Shown: one piece after another, positions 50,324 to 62,120 of the stretch | Layout of the letters: every line of letters starts with the position of its first letter | How positions within the stretch are numbered: the stretch's first letter is position 1 | Origin: Eledone cirrhosa | Lineage: Eukaryota | DNA: 64,000 nucleotides | Assembly (NCBI GenBank): GCA_964016885.1 | Contig: OZ024745.1 | Coordinates: 66,216,001-66,280,000, forward strand | Direction of reading: 5' to 3' | Program-made: the position numbers and the translations under genes | The notes under the pieces: model-generated | Database searches by the model: none | Told to the model about the DNA's origin: nothing | What the model saw: the letters and a program-made list of their open reading frames with translations, nothing else

Positions 50324-51850
50324 CAAAGAAATGGAGAAAAATCTCAGTGGATAGCACTTGTTGAAGTGGTAGATGTAAGATTGAATGGGAGTAAGTAGTG
50401 AAACCTAACCTTAGGGAGCTGAACCTCATTACAAAGAAAGGACCACAAAGATTGGCAAAATGCAACATAAAATTGAAACTAATTATCTCAACTTTAACCA
50501 CCATCAATTTTTAGAAACTACTCTCACAATCTCAGTGTGCACTGCTTATTCTACCCAGGATCATCCCATATCCCATCAGCCTGACGCATTCAACTCATGT
50601 CTTACACCATGCATCCTTTCTCACCCTTTCACTCACATCACCAATTGACACCAAACTTATTAATCTCTTCCCCTACACTTGTCATTTTCTCATGACTCTT
50701 TACATCCTCTTTTATCATCCTCTTTACATCTGTCATCCTACACTGCCCACACCTCATCCTCCATGGGGTAGAGAGCCCTTCTGTCTGATCTATGAGTGCT
50801 GACTGCTCTGATGCTGGTGATATGATCAAATACAACAAGCATACTCTTTATAATCTTTGGTATAAGGAAGGATTTCCAACCATAGAAACAATGCTTAAAG
50901 GGGTTTATAGGACACAACAATCATGATATGACAACCTATCTAGTGCTGCTCCCATGATAAATGCACCCAGTACACTCTGTTATAGGATTTATGATATGAA
51001 GAGAATCCATCCATACAAAATCTGGCCATCAAAAGGATAAGAAGTCTCATTAGCTGAGTGAAAGACATGACAACCTCCCTAGTTCCATGAGAAAATGCAC
51101 TCAGTGCACTCTAGAGTGTGGAATCTATCAACAAGATGTAGGATACCTCCTGGCCCACCTGAGAGATCAGTAATTCTGATTATTAAACTGACTTTGAGAC
51201 AACCCATGTAACACTTACTATCAAGGAAAGTAGGCATTAAATTATGATGATGTTGTGTTGTTTAAGTTTATTTAAAAGCAACTCGGTTGAGAGCTTACTT
51301 CGATTTGTGCAATTTTTTGCAATTCCTTTACACATTTTGAATGCACCCGTCAAAAACAGGGGTTACCTCCCTTGCAGGGTAACCACGTGAGGTAGTGGCT
51401 TCACTAATGCTTCATTTGAACCTGGTAGGCAGTTGAGAGCAAAAACCTGTTGGCAAAGTGTCTACCTGGTTCGATCATTATAGCAAAGGCTTACAACGAA
51501 AGCAGACAGTATACTTGATTTAAGACTCTCAGAAACCTCCCACTGGATTTTACCACCAAATCCCAGGAAGGTTCAGGTAAAAAGTTTTTGTTAACCTGTT
51601 TAGCTTGCTCATTTTTTCGGCTGCCTGGCTTGTCAATTCACAGCCATTTTTATAATGTGTCTGGCCCTTATAACGAATGTTAATTTCTCTGGCTTCTTCC
51701 TAGTCCATTGAGCGCTTGCTGGCATATCTCAAAAATTGTGTTTCGTTTTGTTTTGGCTGCCGCCGAAATATGATCTCGCTGAAATTATATTTGTATAAAC
51801 CCATGCTAGCATGGAAGATAGACACATTAAACAACGATGATGATGATCAT

Positions 51851-51883
<33 letters not shown>

Positions 51884-52189
51884 TACTCATACACACATGA
51901 GCAAGATGAAATGCGCATAGGGTGGATGGTGGTAAAAAGCAGATAGGTGTAATGACATTTAGATCCTTCAAACCAATATGTCTCTTACATCTAACCTGTC
52001 CTCATTACCTGTCACCCACCTAGTCTTCCCTCCATTCACATTCCAGATTTCTCCTTCCTTGTCTACCTGATTCCCCCATGGAAAGATGGTGCACCTCCTC
52101 CACGTACAGCTGGGTGATGCTTACTCATTCTTTGTAAACCCACTTCTTCCTTTTGCCCCTTTCTGGCAAGTATTATGTACCTTACCTCG

Positions 52190-52371
52190 GTGGATTGGCA
52201 GTATCGGTAGAGGGTCGGACGCCATGCTTTCCAGCATAGTTACGTCCCTTTACGATCTGAGTTCAAATCCCGCCGAGGTTGACTTTGCCTTTCATCCTTA
52301 CGGGTCGATAAAATAAAGTACCAGTAATGCACTGGGTAATTGCTGGCCTGGTGCCTAAAGTAGAAACAATT
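52190..52371 (+). mobile_element. tRNA-derived SINE family B, near full length
   Basis: A-box-like TGGCAGTATCGG, B box GAGTTCAAATCC, central GCCGAGGTTGACTTTGCCTTTCATCCTTACGGGTCGATAAAATAAAGTACCAGT; several partial copies elsewhere in the window. Confidence 0.8.
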
Positions 52372-52766
52372 ATGTAGCTTACCTCCACTCTCATACTTCC
52401 ATTCTTTTTACTGCCACTCCAGCATGCTAGTGCTGGTGCTACAATACAATGCACTGAAACCACACTGTAATATAGTACTGCTGATGCCACAATAAAAACA
52501 CACAGTCCAACCTATCAGATAGGAGTGGTGCTGCCTTGATAAAATGCTGTGTCTTGGCTGGAATTACGAAGGGCATCCAGCCATAGAAACCATAATAGAA
52601 TAGAACGTATGAGGAGGATGCAATCTAGACTCAAATATTAATAGCCTAAGAATGTGACACCTTCTCTAATCCATGCAAACATATAAAAAGATTTAATGAT
52701 GATGATGTTGACATTAATGTAAATACCCGTCCAGACCCATGCTAGCGTGGAAAATGGACGTTAAAC

Positions 52767-52808
<42 letters not shown>

Positions 52809-53725
52809 AACACTCACAGGAAATCACTTTATTATGCTTATTTAAAAAATACCTGTACCATTATTCATGATAAAATTGTGTTTTGCAAACATTTCTATTC
52901 TAAAATATTGAGGAAATACCAAACAAGTTATGATAATTTACTATTAGTTTGAAAACAATCAAACGTAACATAACGTATAACACAGAAGCTGGTCATTGTT
53001 CTGGTCTGATGGCCATGTGGAAATAAATGCATCCCATCAATGAAATAAAAAGAGCTATTATATCTAAGCTAATGATGATATTGTTAATCTATGATTTTAA
53101 TGGCATCTTTTGAAATAAATGAACAATGCAAAGCAATATTATTGTTAGGTGATATAACAGGATTGTTTGGTTTTGAGATTATGATTATTATTTAAACAAT
53201 GAAATAAACATTATATAATTTTAATATACAGGATTTACATTGCTGAGAAAAAGAAACAAGCTTGTAAATGAAACCCCAGTCTCTCTGCTGTAAAGTCACT
53301 GTCCTGCACTATATATTTAAAATAATCAATATATATATATACAGAAATCATATTGACTGTTTACATAGACAATATTATAATTCTAACAACTTTCACGTGT
53401 AAGAAATCAATATATAGAGAGTTGAAATTTTAAACATTTTTATGGTTGCAATTTTAATTTCTTGACTTTGTGATAACCTCATATAACAGAAATGGCCTTT
53501 TAAATTGTTTATATTCTATATAGAATAATGTGTTCACAGGTATGATGGTATGATTGTGTAGTTAAGAATTATGCTTTGCAAATACGTGGTTCTAGGTTAA
53601 ATACTACTGTGCAGCTCCTTAAATAAGTGTCTATGCCTATTGTTCAATATAGCTTGATAAATAGCTATGAGTAGAATCTATAAAATAAACCCCAGACAAA
53701 AACAAGTAGTGGGATCAGCTGATAC

Positions 53726-53923
53726 GATTGCCTAAAAATACCTGTGGTCAGGGGATATGATTGACTAAAAATACCTGTGGTCAAGTGATAGGATTGACTA
53801 AAAATACCTGGGGTTAGGTGATAAGATTACCTAATAATACCCGTGGTCAGGTGATATGATTGACTAAAAATGCTTGTGGTCAGGTGATATCATTGACTAA
53901 AAGTACCTGTGGTCAGGTGATAT
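53726..53923. repeat. 33-bp minisatellite, 6 copies
   Basis: Unit GATTGACTAAAAATACCTGTGGTCAGGTGATAT with a few substitutions per copy; follows a decayed SINE-like head at ~53550-53680. Confidence 0.9.
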
Positions 53924-54786
53924 TAGTTTTTTTCAAACTACCTTGATGTTAGTGACACAACATGACTGAAACCAGAAGATTTATAAAAGAATATAGCTTT
54001 TGGAAAATTTGAATATGTAATTCAGCAGCCTTTTGTAAAAATTTAAATGTTCTGACACTTGCATAGGATTTAACAAAGTTATAAAATATTCATCAACAGA
54101 ATATAAACACAAAGCAGAACAAATATTACTCAACAAGAATTAATCATGTTTTTAAAGAGCAAGAATTCAGTTTAGAATCTATTACACTATCCGTTGCAGA
54201 CAGAATGCTTTCCCTCATAGCAATTGTCAGATATAAAATATTTTTTATTCTTTAATTAGGATATGAAAAATTAAAATTACTGGAGTACCAATAAAATTAC
54301 TGAGTACCAATAAAATTACAGTGTAGTTTATGAATAAATAATGTTAACAGGGAGAATGAACATTAAATGATGATGAAGGTGGTTGAGTCATATAAATACA
54401 TGCTAAATCTTGTTGAGAAATTAGGCTTACTATAGCCTGCCTCACACCTCAGCATGAAGTGAACATTCAACTAACAAGTTTTTAAATAAAGATCACACAT
54501 ATCAACTTAAAATCTGCCAAGGTTAAAGAGTAGTTGACATTTATGATCAGAGCTGATACTTCCCTCTGTTACTTTTCAAAATGTCACACCATGAATAATC
54601 ATTCAGGAAACAAAAAGAACTAACTACATGTGGTGAAAAACAGAAGCAAATGTATGAATTATCAGTATCTTAATGAAATTATGAAACTGGCCTGACCTGA
54701 ATGCTCTAGTTCTACAAATCCTGCATGCCTAACATAATTATCTTTCTTCTTCTTCTTCTTGTGGGGGTGGTTTTTCCTTTTCTGAA

Positions 54787-55174
54787 GATGCTTGTGTGAA
54801 GTCATGAGCAGAAACCACAGAAACTCGGTGTCAAATATTTTCATAGACGAGTTGAGAAAGAAACTGGGTATAAGAGGGATAAGTTGTGGTGTGCAGGAGA
54901 GAAGGCTGAGATGGTATGGATATGTGATGCACATGGAGGGTGACCGATGGGGGAAGAAGTGCCAGGAAGTCCCAGTGGAGGGAAGACGCAGTAGAGGTAG
55001 ACCGCGAAAAATACGGGCGGAGGTGGTGAGAGCAGACCTCAGATCGCTGAAACTCACGGAGGAAATGACGAAGGACCGTGACAAGTGGAGAGATGTTGTG
55101 CTAAATAGGACCCGTCCAACCCTTGCTAGCAAGGAAAAGCGGACGTAAAATGATGATGATGATGATGATGATGA
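54787..55174 (+). mobile_element. 3' fragment of a second RTE-clade LINE family with (GAT)n tail
   Basis: ELRKKLGIRGISCGVQERRLRWYGYVMHM...VEGRRSRGRPRK...DRDKWR is homologous to the C-terminus of the 42969 ORF. It has almost no 3' UTR before (GAT)n. Confidence 0.88.
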
Positions 55175-55311
55175 TATTATTTAATGTCTGTCATCCCAGT
55201 TAGCAAGAGTTAGATGGGTTTTCATAGACTGTATGAGTACTTAAGCAGAACAACTGATTTAACCCATGTCAGCAGAGGAAAATTGACTGATATATTCGAT
55301 ATATAGATTAA

Positions 55312-55650
55312 CATCATCATCATTTCATTTTACGTCCGCTTTTCCCTGCTTGCAAGGGTGGGATGGGAACTGATTCTGGCTTGATTTCTACAGCTGGATG
55401 CCCTTCCTAACACCAACCTCATTTACAGTGAGTGCTGGGTGCTTTTTTGCCGTGGCACCTCCACGACCACTTTGCAGTGGAATGATATGGACCCCAGTCC
55501 CTATCATCTCATTTCTACAGCTGAGGAAACTGGAGCATTGTGAAATGAAGTGTCTTGCTCAAGGAAACAACACATCACCCAGTCTGAGAATTGAACTCAC
55601 AACCTTTTGATTGCAAGGCCAATGCTCTAACTACTAAGCCATGTGCCTCC
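55312..55650 (-). mobile_element. SINE family A, full length
   Basis: Reverse complement of 39515-39854 (tRNA-like head at 55590-55650, (CAT)n at 55312). Confidence 0.88.
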
Positions 55651-56264
55651 ATTGTGCTAACATATAGTTAATAATTATTTCTAGAGTCCTCTCTAATCTT
55701 TCTTGAATATGCCCATCAAGTCTTTCATAAATATGTCCATTACATGATCATTCATATTCTGAGAGATTGCCAGGTCAACATAAATGTACAGTACAGAGCG
55801 ATAGGAGGAGGTTTGCTTTCTAAGAGTGTCATGGATGAATAAATAATTTTATTAATCACTCAAACACTGGATCACATTCCTCTTTTATACAGAAAGAAGT
55901 GTCATGTTATAACAATGTCTTATTGCTTGTTGTCTCTAATGTTATGTCTAGATCACTAATCATAGTGAAATTTTTCCCAAACTCCAGGGCTTTCAGGAAG
56001 CGGGATTTATGATATAGATAGCTAGAACTCCACAGTATTAAACATGGGTAGATATTCAGACTAGTTTACTTTCAATCTCATAGAACTACTTCATAACGCT
56101 CATCAATGGTTTTTTTTCTGTAGTATAGTGAAAAATTAAAATGCCAGAAGGGGCCCAAAGTAACTGAGAGCCTAGGGACCCAGCCATGGTTTGACATGAC
56201 GTTGTTACTTAAACAACTAAAACACAGAGAATAAATAGTCTCTCCTGTTACACAATCTTAATAT

Positions 56265-56485
56265 TTAACCCTTTAGCATTTAAACTGGTCGTATCCAGCC
56301 AGAAATATCTCACCACTTTCTATCCAAACCAGCTGTAACTGGCCACTCATACTGATGTTAAGTTATTGTTCTCAAGATAAATATCATCAAACTCTCATAG
56401 ATTCGATATTATATGAGGTAAAGCCTTTACCTTTAAAATATAATAGTATATATAATAATATATATGGAGTAATGTAAATGCTAAA
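56265..56485. mobile_element. Possible decayed piggyBac-type MITE
   Basis: TTAA|CCCTTTAGCATTTA at the left and a partial inverted match TAAATGCTAAA at 56475-56485; the terminal GGG|TTAA is missing. Confidence 0.3.
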
Positions 56486-57250
56486 TTTGTTTACATGGTA
56501 TAATGTTGAAAGTGTGACTATATCAATTAAAAATTGTTATTTAGTTTATAGTTTTGATTCATGGCGTAAAGTTTAAGTAGGAAGTGTACACAATAAAATG
56601 TTTTGTATATATTTCAAAATTCTGATTTGATTTAATGGGAATGTTTAGAATTATTGTGGCCTATAATATATCAATAATAATCAGATTAGTTCAACAGCTT
56701 ATATTTATGAGAAATTTGAAATAAATTCAACTCATAGCTGTATGACAAGTTTAAAACATCAAAATAGAGAAATAGAATGGCAAGTCTATTATTCATCATC
56801 TAACCAATGAAGTAAATTTTCCTATTTACTGTTGCCATTGAATTTGATTATTGTAATTTGCTTAATTTAAAATGCACTGAACATCAAACTATTGTCAATC
56901 ATTCTCTCAATTTATCGTTATTTAAAAATTTCTCCTTTGTTGGATGCTGTGTTTTGGAAGAGATCTAAATTGAAATTACTCAACAAAACATAGTGGAAGC
57001 ACACATTGCCACTAGGTAACCCCTCAATTGAACTTAAACAACCAGCTGTTGATAATGCTTAAAGGCAGTATACTACTATGGTATAAAGCATTTAGCATAA
57101 GGCCCCCCAAAAAATGCATGGCCTGTAGCATATGCTACTCGTGCTATTAGACTAATCAGGTACTGGCAAAAATATGCATTCTCTCTCTCTCTCTATATAT
57201 ATATATATACGATATTAATAAATGGAAACTATATTTATAAAACCATATTT

Positions 57251-57313
57251 ATTTCATTATACATATTTCAGGGATACCAAATTAAATTATGATATGCCTT
57301 CATCAGACAAAAT
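57251..57313 (-). ncRNA. Type I hammerhead-like motif (diverged relative of the 60.8-61.0 kb family)
   Basis: Minus strand: ATTTTGT CTGATGA AGGcATATCA...TGGTATCCCT GAAA TATGT ATA ATGAAAT. Flank 57211-57250 matches 60756-60795 and lies next to (TA)n. Confidence 0.6.
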
Positions 57314-57631
57314 GCAATATATAACAGTTTTACAAATAAGCTTTGACGTACCCTTTTAAAATGCAACCATTATTTTTGGAAGCCATCTGGATAGTGAATT
57401 GTTTATATTATTTTAATAAGTCTTAGTGTTAAGGACAATTAGAAAAAGACGGAGAGAAAGAAAAAAGAAAAAAACGTGGAGAAATATCGGAGAGAGAGAA
57501 ATGCATGGAGAAAAAAGAGAGAGATAAATAAAGACAGGAGGAAAGAAAGAAAAAAGAAAAAAAGAGTGCTTTATATCAGTTATAAAAATATTTACTTGTT
57601 GTATCCCAACAATTTTAAATAGAACTTTTGC

Positions 57632-57667
<36 letters not shown>

Positions 57668-57738
57668 ATATAAGTATATATGTATATATTTATATATATA
57701 TTTAATATAGTATATATATATATATTTAATATAGAAAT

Positions 57739-57789
57739 GGCTTCTACAGGACTAGAACTGTTTCATTCAGGAGAAATCATCAGGAAGCC
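57739..57789 (-). ncRNA. Type I hammerhead-like motif standing almost alone within (TA)n
   Basis: Minus strand: GGCTTC CTGATGA tTTC-tcct-GAAt GAAAC AG-ttctagtc-CT GTA GAAGCC. Canonical core, 6-bp stem I, GUA site. Confidence 0.75.
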
Positions 57790-58326
57790 CATTATATATA
57801 TATATATAATGGCTGCATCTCTGTTTTGAGAATTTCTATCTCTTGACTTTTTTCTCATACAAGGGTGATATGAACATGACATTTTAACCCTGCCAAGGAC
57901 TTAGATATCTTTTTGCATATGCTGCAGTGAAAACCAAAGTGAAAAAGCCATCCTTTCACCAACCACTTTAACGTATATACTGGTGGATGCTTTTATCATG
58001 TAGATCACCAACTATAGGGAGGTTGTCATGCCATTGTCACAACTAAAGCTTCCTTTCAACACTTTTAGACATGCCTTTCCTTTCCCCACCCATATTACAG
58101 GGTGTACCAGAAGCATTTTCATGGCATCAACACTAGATGGCATTGAGCATGAATTCATATAATTAATAGCTACAAGTATATCATCTTCTGCCCTTAATTT
58201 TTATACGTGTCTGTAATTGAATTCTAGCGATTGAAGAATTTATTTGAATTATATCCTAATCATCAAATATTGATCTAAACCCTTATTATACACACATACA
58301 CACAACACACACATTATATATATATA

Positions 58327-58381
<55 letters not shown>

Positions 58382-58564
58382 GTTATATAGTAAGTTGTAT
58401 TATTGGTTGTGTCATACGGTCCAATAAACTTTTGTTAGCAATATTAAGTTCTCCATGCTTTTGTATATCTCCAATTCCATCCGAGGGAACAGCTAGATGA
58501 TGTAAAACTGAGTATAAGTATCAAAATGAAAATCCGAAGGCAAGGTAAAATTCCAATCATTTAA

Positions 58565-58638
58565 TCACGACACATGTTTCAATAAGAGATAGATCGATTG
58601 TGAAGCCATGATCGATTGTCACTGATCTCATCAGGTGA
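58565..58638 (-). ncRNA. Type I hammerhead-like motif in a ~350-bp (TA)n-flanked insert (58379-58729)
   Basis: Minus strand: TCAC CTGATGA GAT...ATT GAAAC ATGT GTC GTGA. Canonical core; stem II is imperfect. Confidence 0.6.
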
Positions 58639-59373
58639 AAATGAATTGTCTTCAAATTCTTGATATGAGGGAGAAAAAATAACGATGTTCTCTCACAGAA
58701 TTCATTCCCTCATATGGAGACACCATATGATATATATATATATATATATATACAATATATTTAGAAACACACAGATTCATGCGGACACACACATATACAT
58801 GAATGCATCCACACCAAACCGTGAGTTAAGGGTGCCAACCTCACCGATGTTGCTCAATGAATGACTGGGACAGACCAATCCGGTTGAACCAGACTGAACC
58901 AGTAATACGCACATATATGTTGGTTAAGTTAATGGGTAAGTTTTAGAGTCGTTTGTTTAAAACGTTGGTCAAAATTTTAGTTAGATATCATTTAATATTT
59001 GTGGAGTTATCAGTTTGGTAAGAAGGATAAGATTTGGATTACGCAATTTGTTGATTGAGCAGATAGTTTATTTTGATTCATATTCAGTACAGATATTTAG
59101 GCAGACATATTTTTGGTGACTGTGCTGATTCAGTATGGCTGCAATGTCAATTACATAATAAGGTGGTGATCACTGCAGAGAAATAGAGAACCTATAAAAT
59201 TAAACATACAAATAATTAGTATAGGGTAGGTAGTATTATGCTGAGTGTGCTGTGGTTTGGTTTTGAAGGGTATGATTGGTTTTATTTTTATGACTTGTTT
59301 GATATGTATCTGGTAGGTAAGGCTGCATGTATTTTTATATATTGTGCTGTCCTGAGTTCAAGTTAAGGCAATT

Positions 59374-59445
<72 letters not shown>

Positions 59446-59451
<6 letters not shown>

Positions 59452-59913
59452 AATGAATAATAACAGGTAGACATCATAAAAAGGTAATTTATTCTGTGTG
59501 CTTACAAATGTGTCCACGGTGGTTATACAGCCTAGTTATGCTATGTGCAAATTTAAAACTATTTGCAAAACTCAATTATCAAATGCTGTGACCACTGTAT
59601 CATCAGAGCAGAATGGTTAAAATGTACAGCATTTGATAATTGAGTTTTGCAAATAGTTATAAATTTGCACATAGCATAACTAGGCTGTATAACCACCGTG
59701 GAAACATTTGTAAGCACACACAATAAATTACCTTTTTATGATGTCTACCTGTTATTGTTCATTCTTTATCTACACTCCCGAATACAGAAGGATCAGGAAC
59801 TGAGTTTCTTCAAATATTCTTTCATAACTCGTTGAGTAACCTCTCACCGTACGTCAACTCTATCCAGTGTAGTAATTAACCATTACTGCATCCAGGATAA
59901 TCCTATACCTAAT
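59446..59913. mobile_element. Penelope-like insert with 144-bp inverted arms (59446-59589 / 59626-59769), in (TA)n
   Basis: Near-identical reverse-complement arms with a hammerhead-like motif spanning the left arm and spacer. Confidence 0.65.
59499..59610 (-). ncRNA. Hammerhead-like motif (GAAA mutated to GACA in this arm)
   Basis: Minus strand: TGCT CTGATGA TACAGTGGT...ACCACCGTG GACAC ATTT GTA AGCA. The opposite arm keeps GAAACATTTGTAAGCA (59701-59716) but lacks the CTGATGA half. Confidence 0.55.
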
Positions 59914-59926
59914 ATATATATATATA

Positions 59927-60489
59927 TGGAAAAGAATGAAATGAAATTTCATTTCTCAATCTTAGTACGGCTGATACTTAAATGTAAGTATGTATACGTA
60001 CATACATATATGTATACAGACGTACAGTAGTATGTATATATATATATATATACATACAGGCACACATATATATATGTACGTATGGGTTTACCGAACATTT
60101 ATTATAATGTTCGTTTTTTTTGTAAACAAACAGCCCGAATTAAGCCGTACAGTGTTTGGCAACCATCGTTGTCCTTTTGTTCAATACTGACAAAGGAACG
60201 ATGAACTAGTTTCAAGCTTATTAGCTATCGTCAGCATCGTATACCTTCCTGTCAGATGATTGAACGTTTGAAAGTATATACTTTCCTTATGCATATTAAC
60301 GGCTGAGCAGCCTAATTTGCATATCGAGTGAGTTAGTCGGCCGGGCGTACCGAAAACGATAAATGGAAAAGAATGAAATGAAATTTCATTTCTCACTCTT
60401 AGTACGGCTGATACTTAAATGTAAATATGTATACGTACATACATATATGTATACAGACGTACAGTATTATGTATATATATACGTACAGG

Positions 60490-60524
<35 letters not shown>

Positions 60525-60699
60525 GTATGGGTTTACTGAACACTGTACGGCTTAATTCAGGCTGCTTGTTTACAAACAAACCGAACATTATAATAAATGT
60601 TCGGTAAACGTATACGTACATATATATGTGTGCCTGTATGTATATATATACATACTACTGTACATCTGTATACATATATGTATGTACGTATACATACTT

Positions 60700-60700
<1 letters not shown>
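59927..60700. mobile_element. (TA)n-embedded insert with direct repeat (period 437 bp) plus inverted arm; pseudo-LTR-like architecture
   Basis: TGGAAAAGAATGAAATGAAATTTCATTTCTCA... at 59927 and 60364; 60539-60700 is the reverse complement of ~59985-60157. Confidence 0.55.
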
Positions 60701-60753
<53 letters not shown>

Positions 60754-60794
60754 ATGATATTAATAAATGGAAACTATATTTATAAAACCATATT

Positions 60795-60855
60795 TATTTT
60801 ATTATATATATTTCAAGGGTACCAAAATTTTGGTGTGCCCTCATCAGATAAAATA
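60795..60855 (-). ncRNA. Type I hammerhead-like motif
   Basis: Minus strand: TATTTTAT CTGATGA GGGcacACCAA-aatt-TTGGTACCCtt GAAAT ATAT ATA ATAAAATA. Confidence 0.7.
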
Positions 60856-60957
60856 CAAAATTTGTTTTATACTTGACATACTCAAGAAACCAGACCTTAC
60901 CTGGACCGATAAGGTCTGGTTTCTTGGGTTATGTTAATATTTATAAAACAAATTTTG

Positions 60958-61018
60958 TATTTTATCTGATGAGGGCGTACCAAAATGTTGGTACCCTTGA
61001 AATATATATAATAAAATA
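60958..61018 (+). ncRNA. Type I hammerhead-like motif
   Basis: TATTTTAT CTGATGA GGGcGTACCAA-aatg-TTGGTACCCtt GAAAT ATAT ATA ATAAAATA. 8-bp stem I, canonical core, AUA site. Confidence 0.75.
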
Positions 61019-61140
61019 AATATGGTTTTATAAATATAGTTTCCATTTATTAATATTATACTCCAGAAAACTTGTAGAGTGCTTCAAATCTGTTTAAAAT
61101 AAATTTGTTGAATAACCAAAAAATTAATTATCTCTTTGCT

Positions 61141-61188
<48 letters not shown>

Positions 61189-61305
61189 CAAACATATTTA
61201 TATATATGTATACAAAGGAAAACAGGGAGAGAGGGGGAGAAAGAAAAATTGAGAGAGAAAATATGAAATATTCTTTTTTAAATCTAGAACAATAGAAAAT
61301 TATAC

Positions 61306-61685
61306 ATCATCACCGTTTTACGTCTGTTCTTCCATGCTAACATAGGTTAGATCGGGAACTGATTCTGGCTTGATTTCTACAGCTGGATGCCCTTCTTAAA
61401 ACCAACCTCATTTACAGTGAGTTCTGGATGATATTGTTTACTTGGCGCCTGCCTATACGTCCACTTTACAGTGTGGGCTGAGTGTTTTTTTGCCGTGGCA
61501 CCTCCACGACCAGTTTGCAGTGGAATGATAAGGACCCCAGACCTATCATCTATAGCTGAGTAAAGTGGAGCAATGTGAAATAAAGTGTCTTGTTCAAGAA
61601 AACAACACATCACCCGGTCTGAGAATTGAACTCACAACCTTTCGATTGCAAGGCCAATGCTCTAACCACTAAGCCATGTGCCTCC
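61306..61685 (-). mobile_element. SINE family A, full length, alternative tail
   Basis: Head and body match 55312-55650; the extreme 3' end matches the LINE tail at 42730-42772. Confidence 0.88.
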
Positions 61686-61814
61686 ATATATATATATATA
61701 TGTATAAATATTTCGTATCTCCAAGGAAATACGGTTTTAGGAAGCCGTAGCTATGCAAATACCGGGGGGGGGGCTAACGACCTCTGGTGATGTCCAGCAG
61801 AAGCAAGAGAGACA

Positions 61815-61858
61815 ACCGTCTATGCAGTTCAGGCTTAACTGGCCTTTGTCAGGACGGT
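61815..61858 (-). ncRNA. Degenerate hammerhead copy (core CTGACAA, GAAC)
   Basis: Minus strand: ACCGTC CTGACAA AGGC-cagttaa-GCCT GAAC TGCATA GACGGT; two core substitutions. Confidence 0.45.
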
Positions 61859-62076
61859 CCCTCCCACCGCTTGCGACTGCTGGACTAGAAGACAGGCGAG
61901 AAAATATACTTTTCTCGTCTGTGTAAATGAAGCGAAATCCTATTTCTTCTTATTATAAGTTGAGCCAACTTATGCAGCTTCATATGCAAGTGAGATTAAT
62001 CACCTCATTTTCACAGATGAGAAAAGTATATTTTCTCGCCTGTCTTCTAGTCCAGCAGTCGAAAGCAGTGGGAGGG

Positions 62077-62120
62077 ACTGTCCTGACGAAGGCCAGTTAA
62101 GCCTGAAATGCATAGACGGT
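62077..62120 (+). ncRNA. Minimal type I hammerhead-like motif
   Basis: ACTGTC CTGACGA AGGC-cagttaa-GCCT GAAA TGCATA GACGGT. Palindromic ATGCAT in place of a stable stem III. Confidence 0.75.

Larger units (their letters stand above)
60757..61056. mobile_element. ~300-bp near-complete palindrome carrying two opposite hammerheads (Penelope-like), in (TA)n
   Basis: Arms 60757-60871 / 60942-61056 plus a central hairpin CAAGAAACCAGACCTTA/TAAGGTCTGGTTTCTTG. Confidence 0.7.

Noticed and set aside
50540-50830. Possible further decayed LINE fragment on the minus strand
   Set aside because: Purine-rich and vaguely coding-like, but no motif clear enough to support a call.
51270-51780. GC-richer island, possibly a DNA transposon fragment
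   Set aside because: No TIR pair or transposase motif that I could identify; left unannotated.
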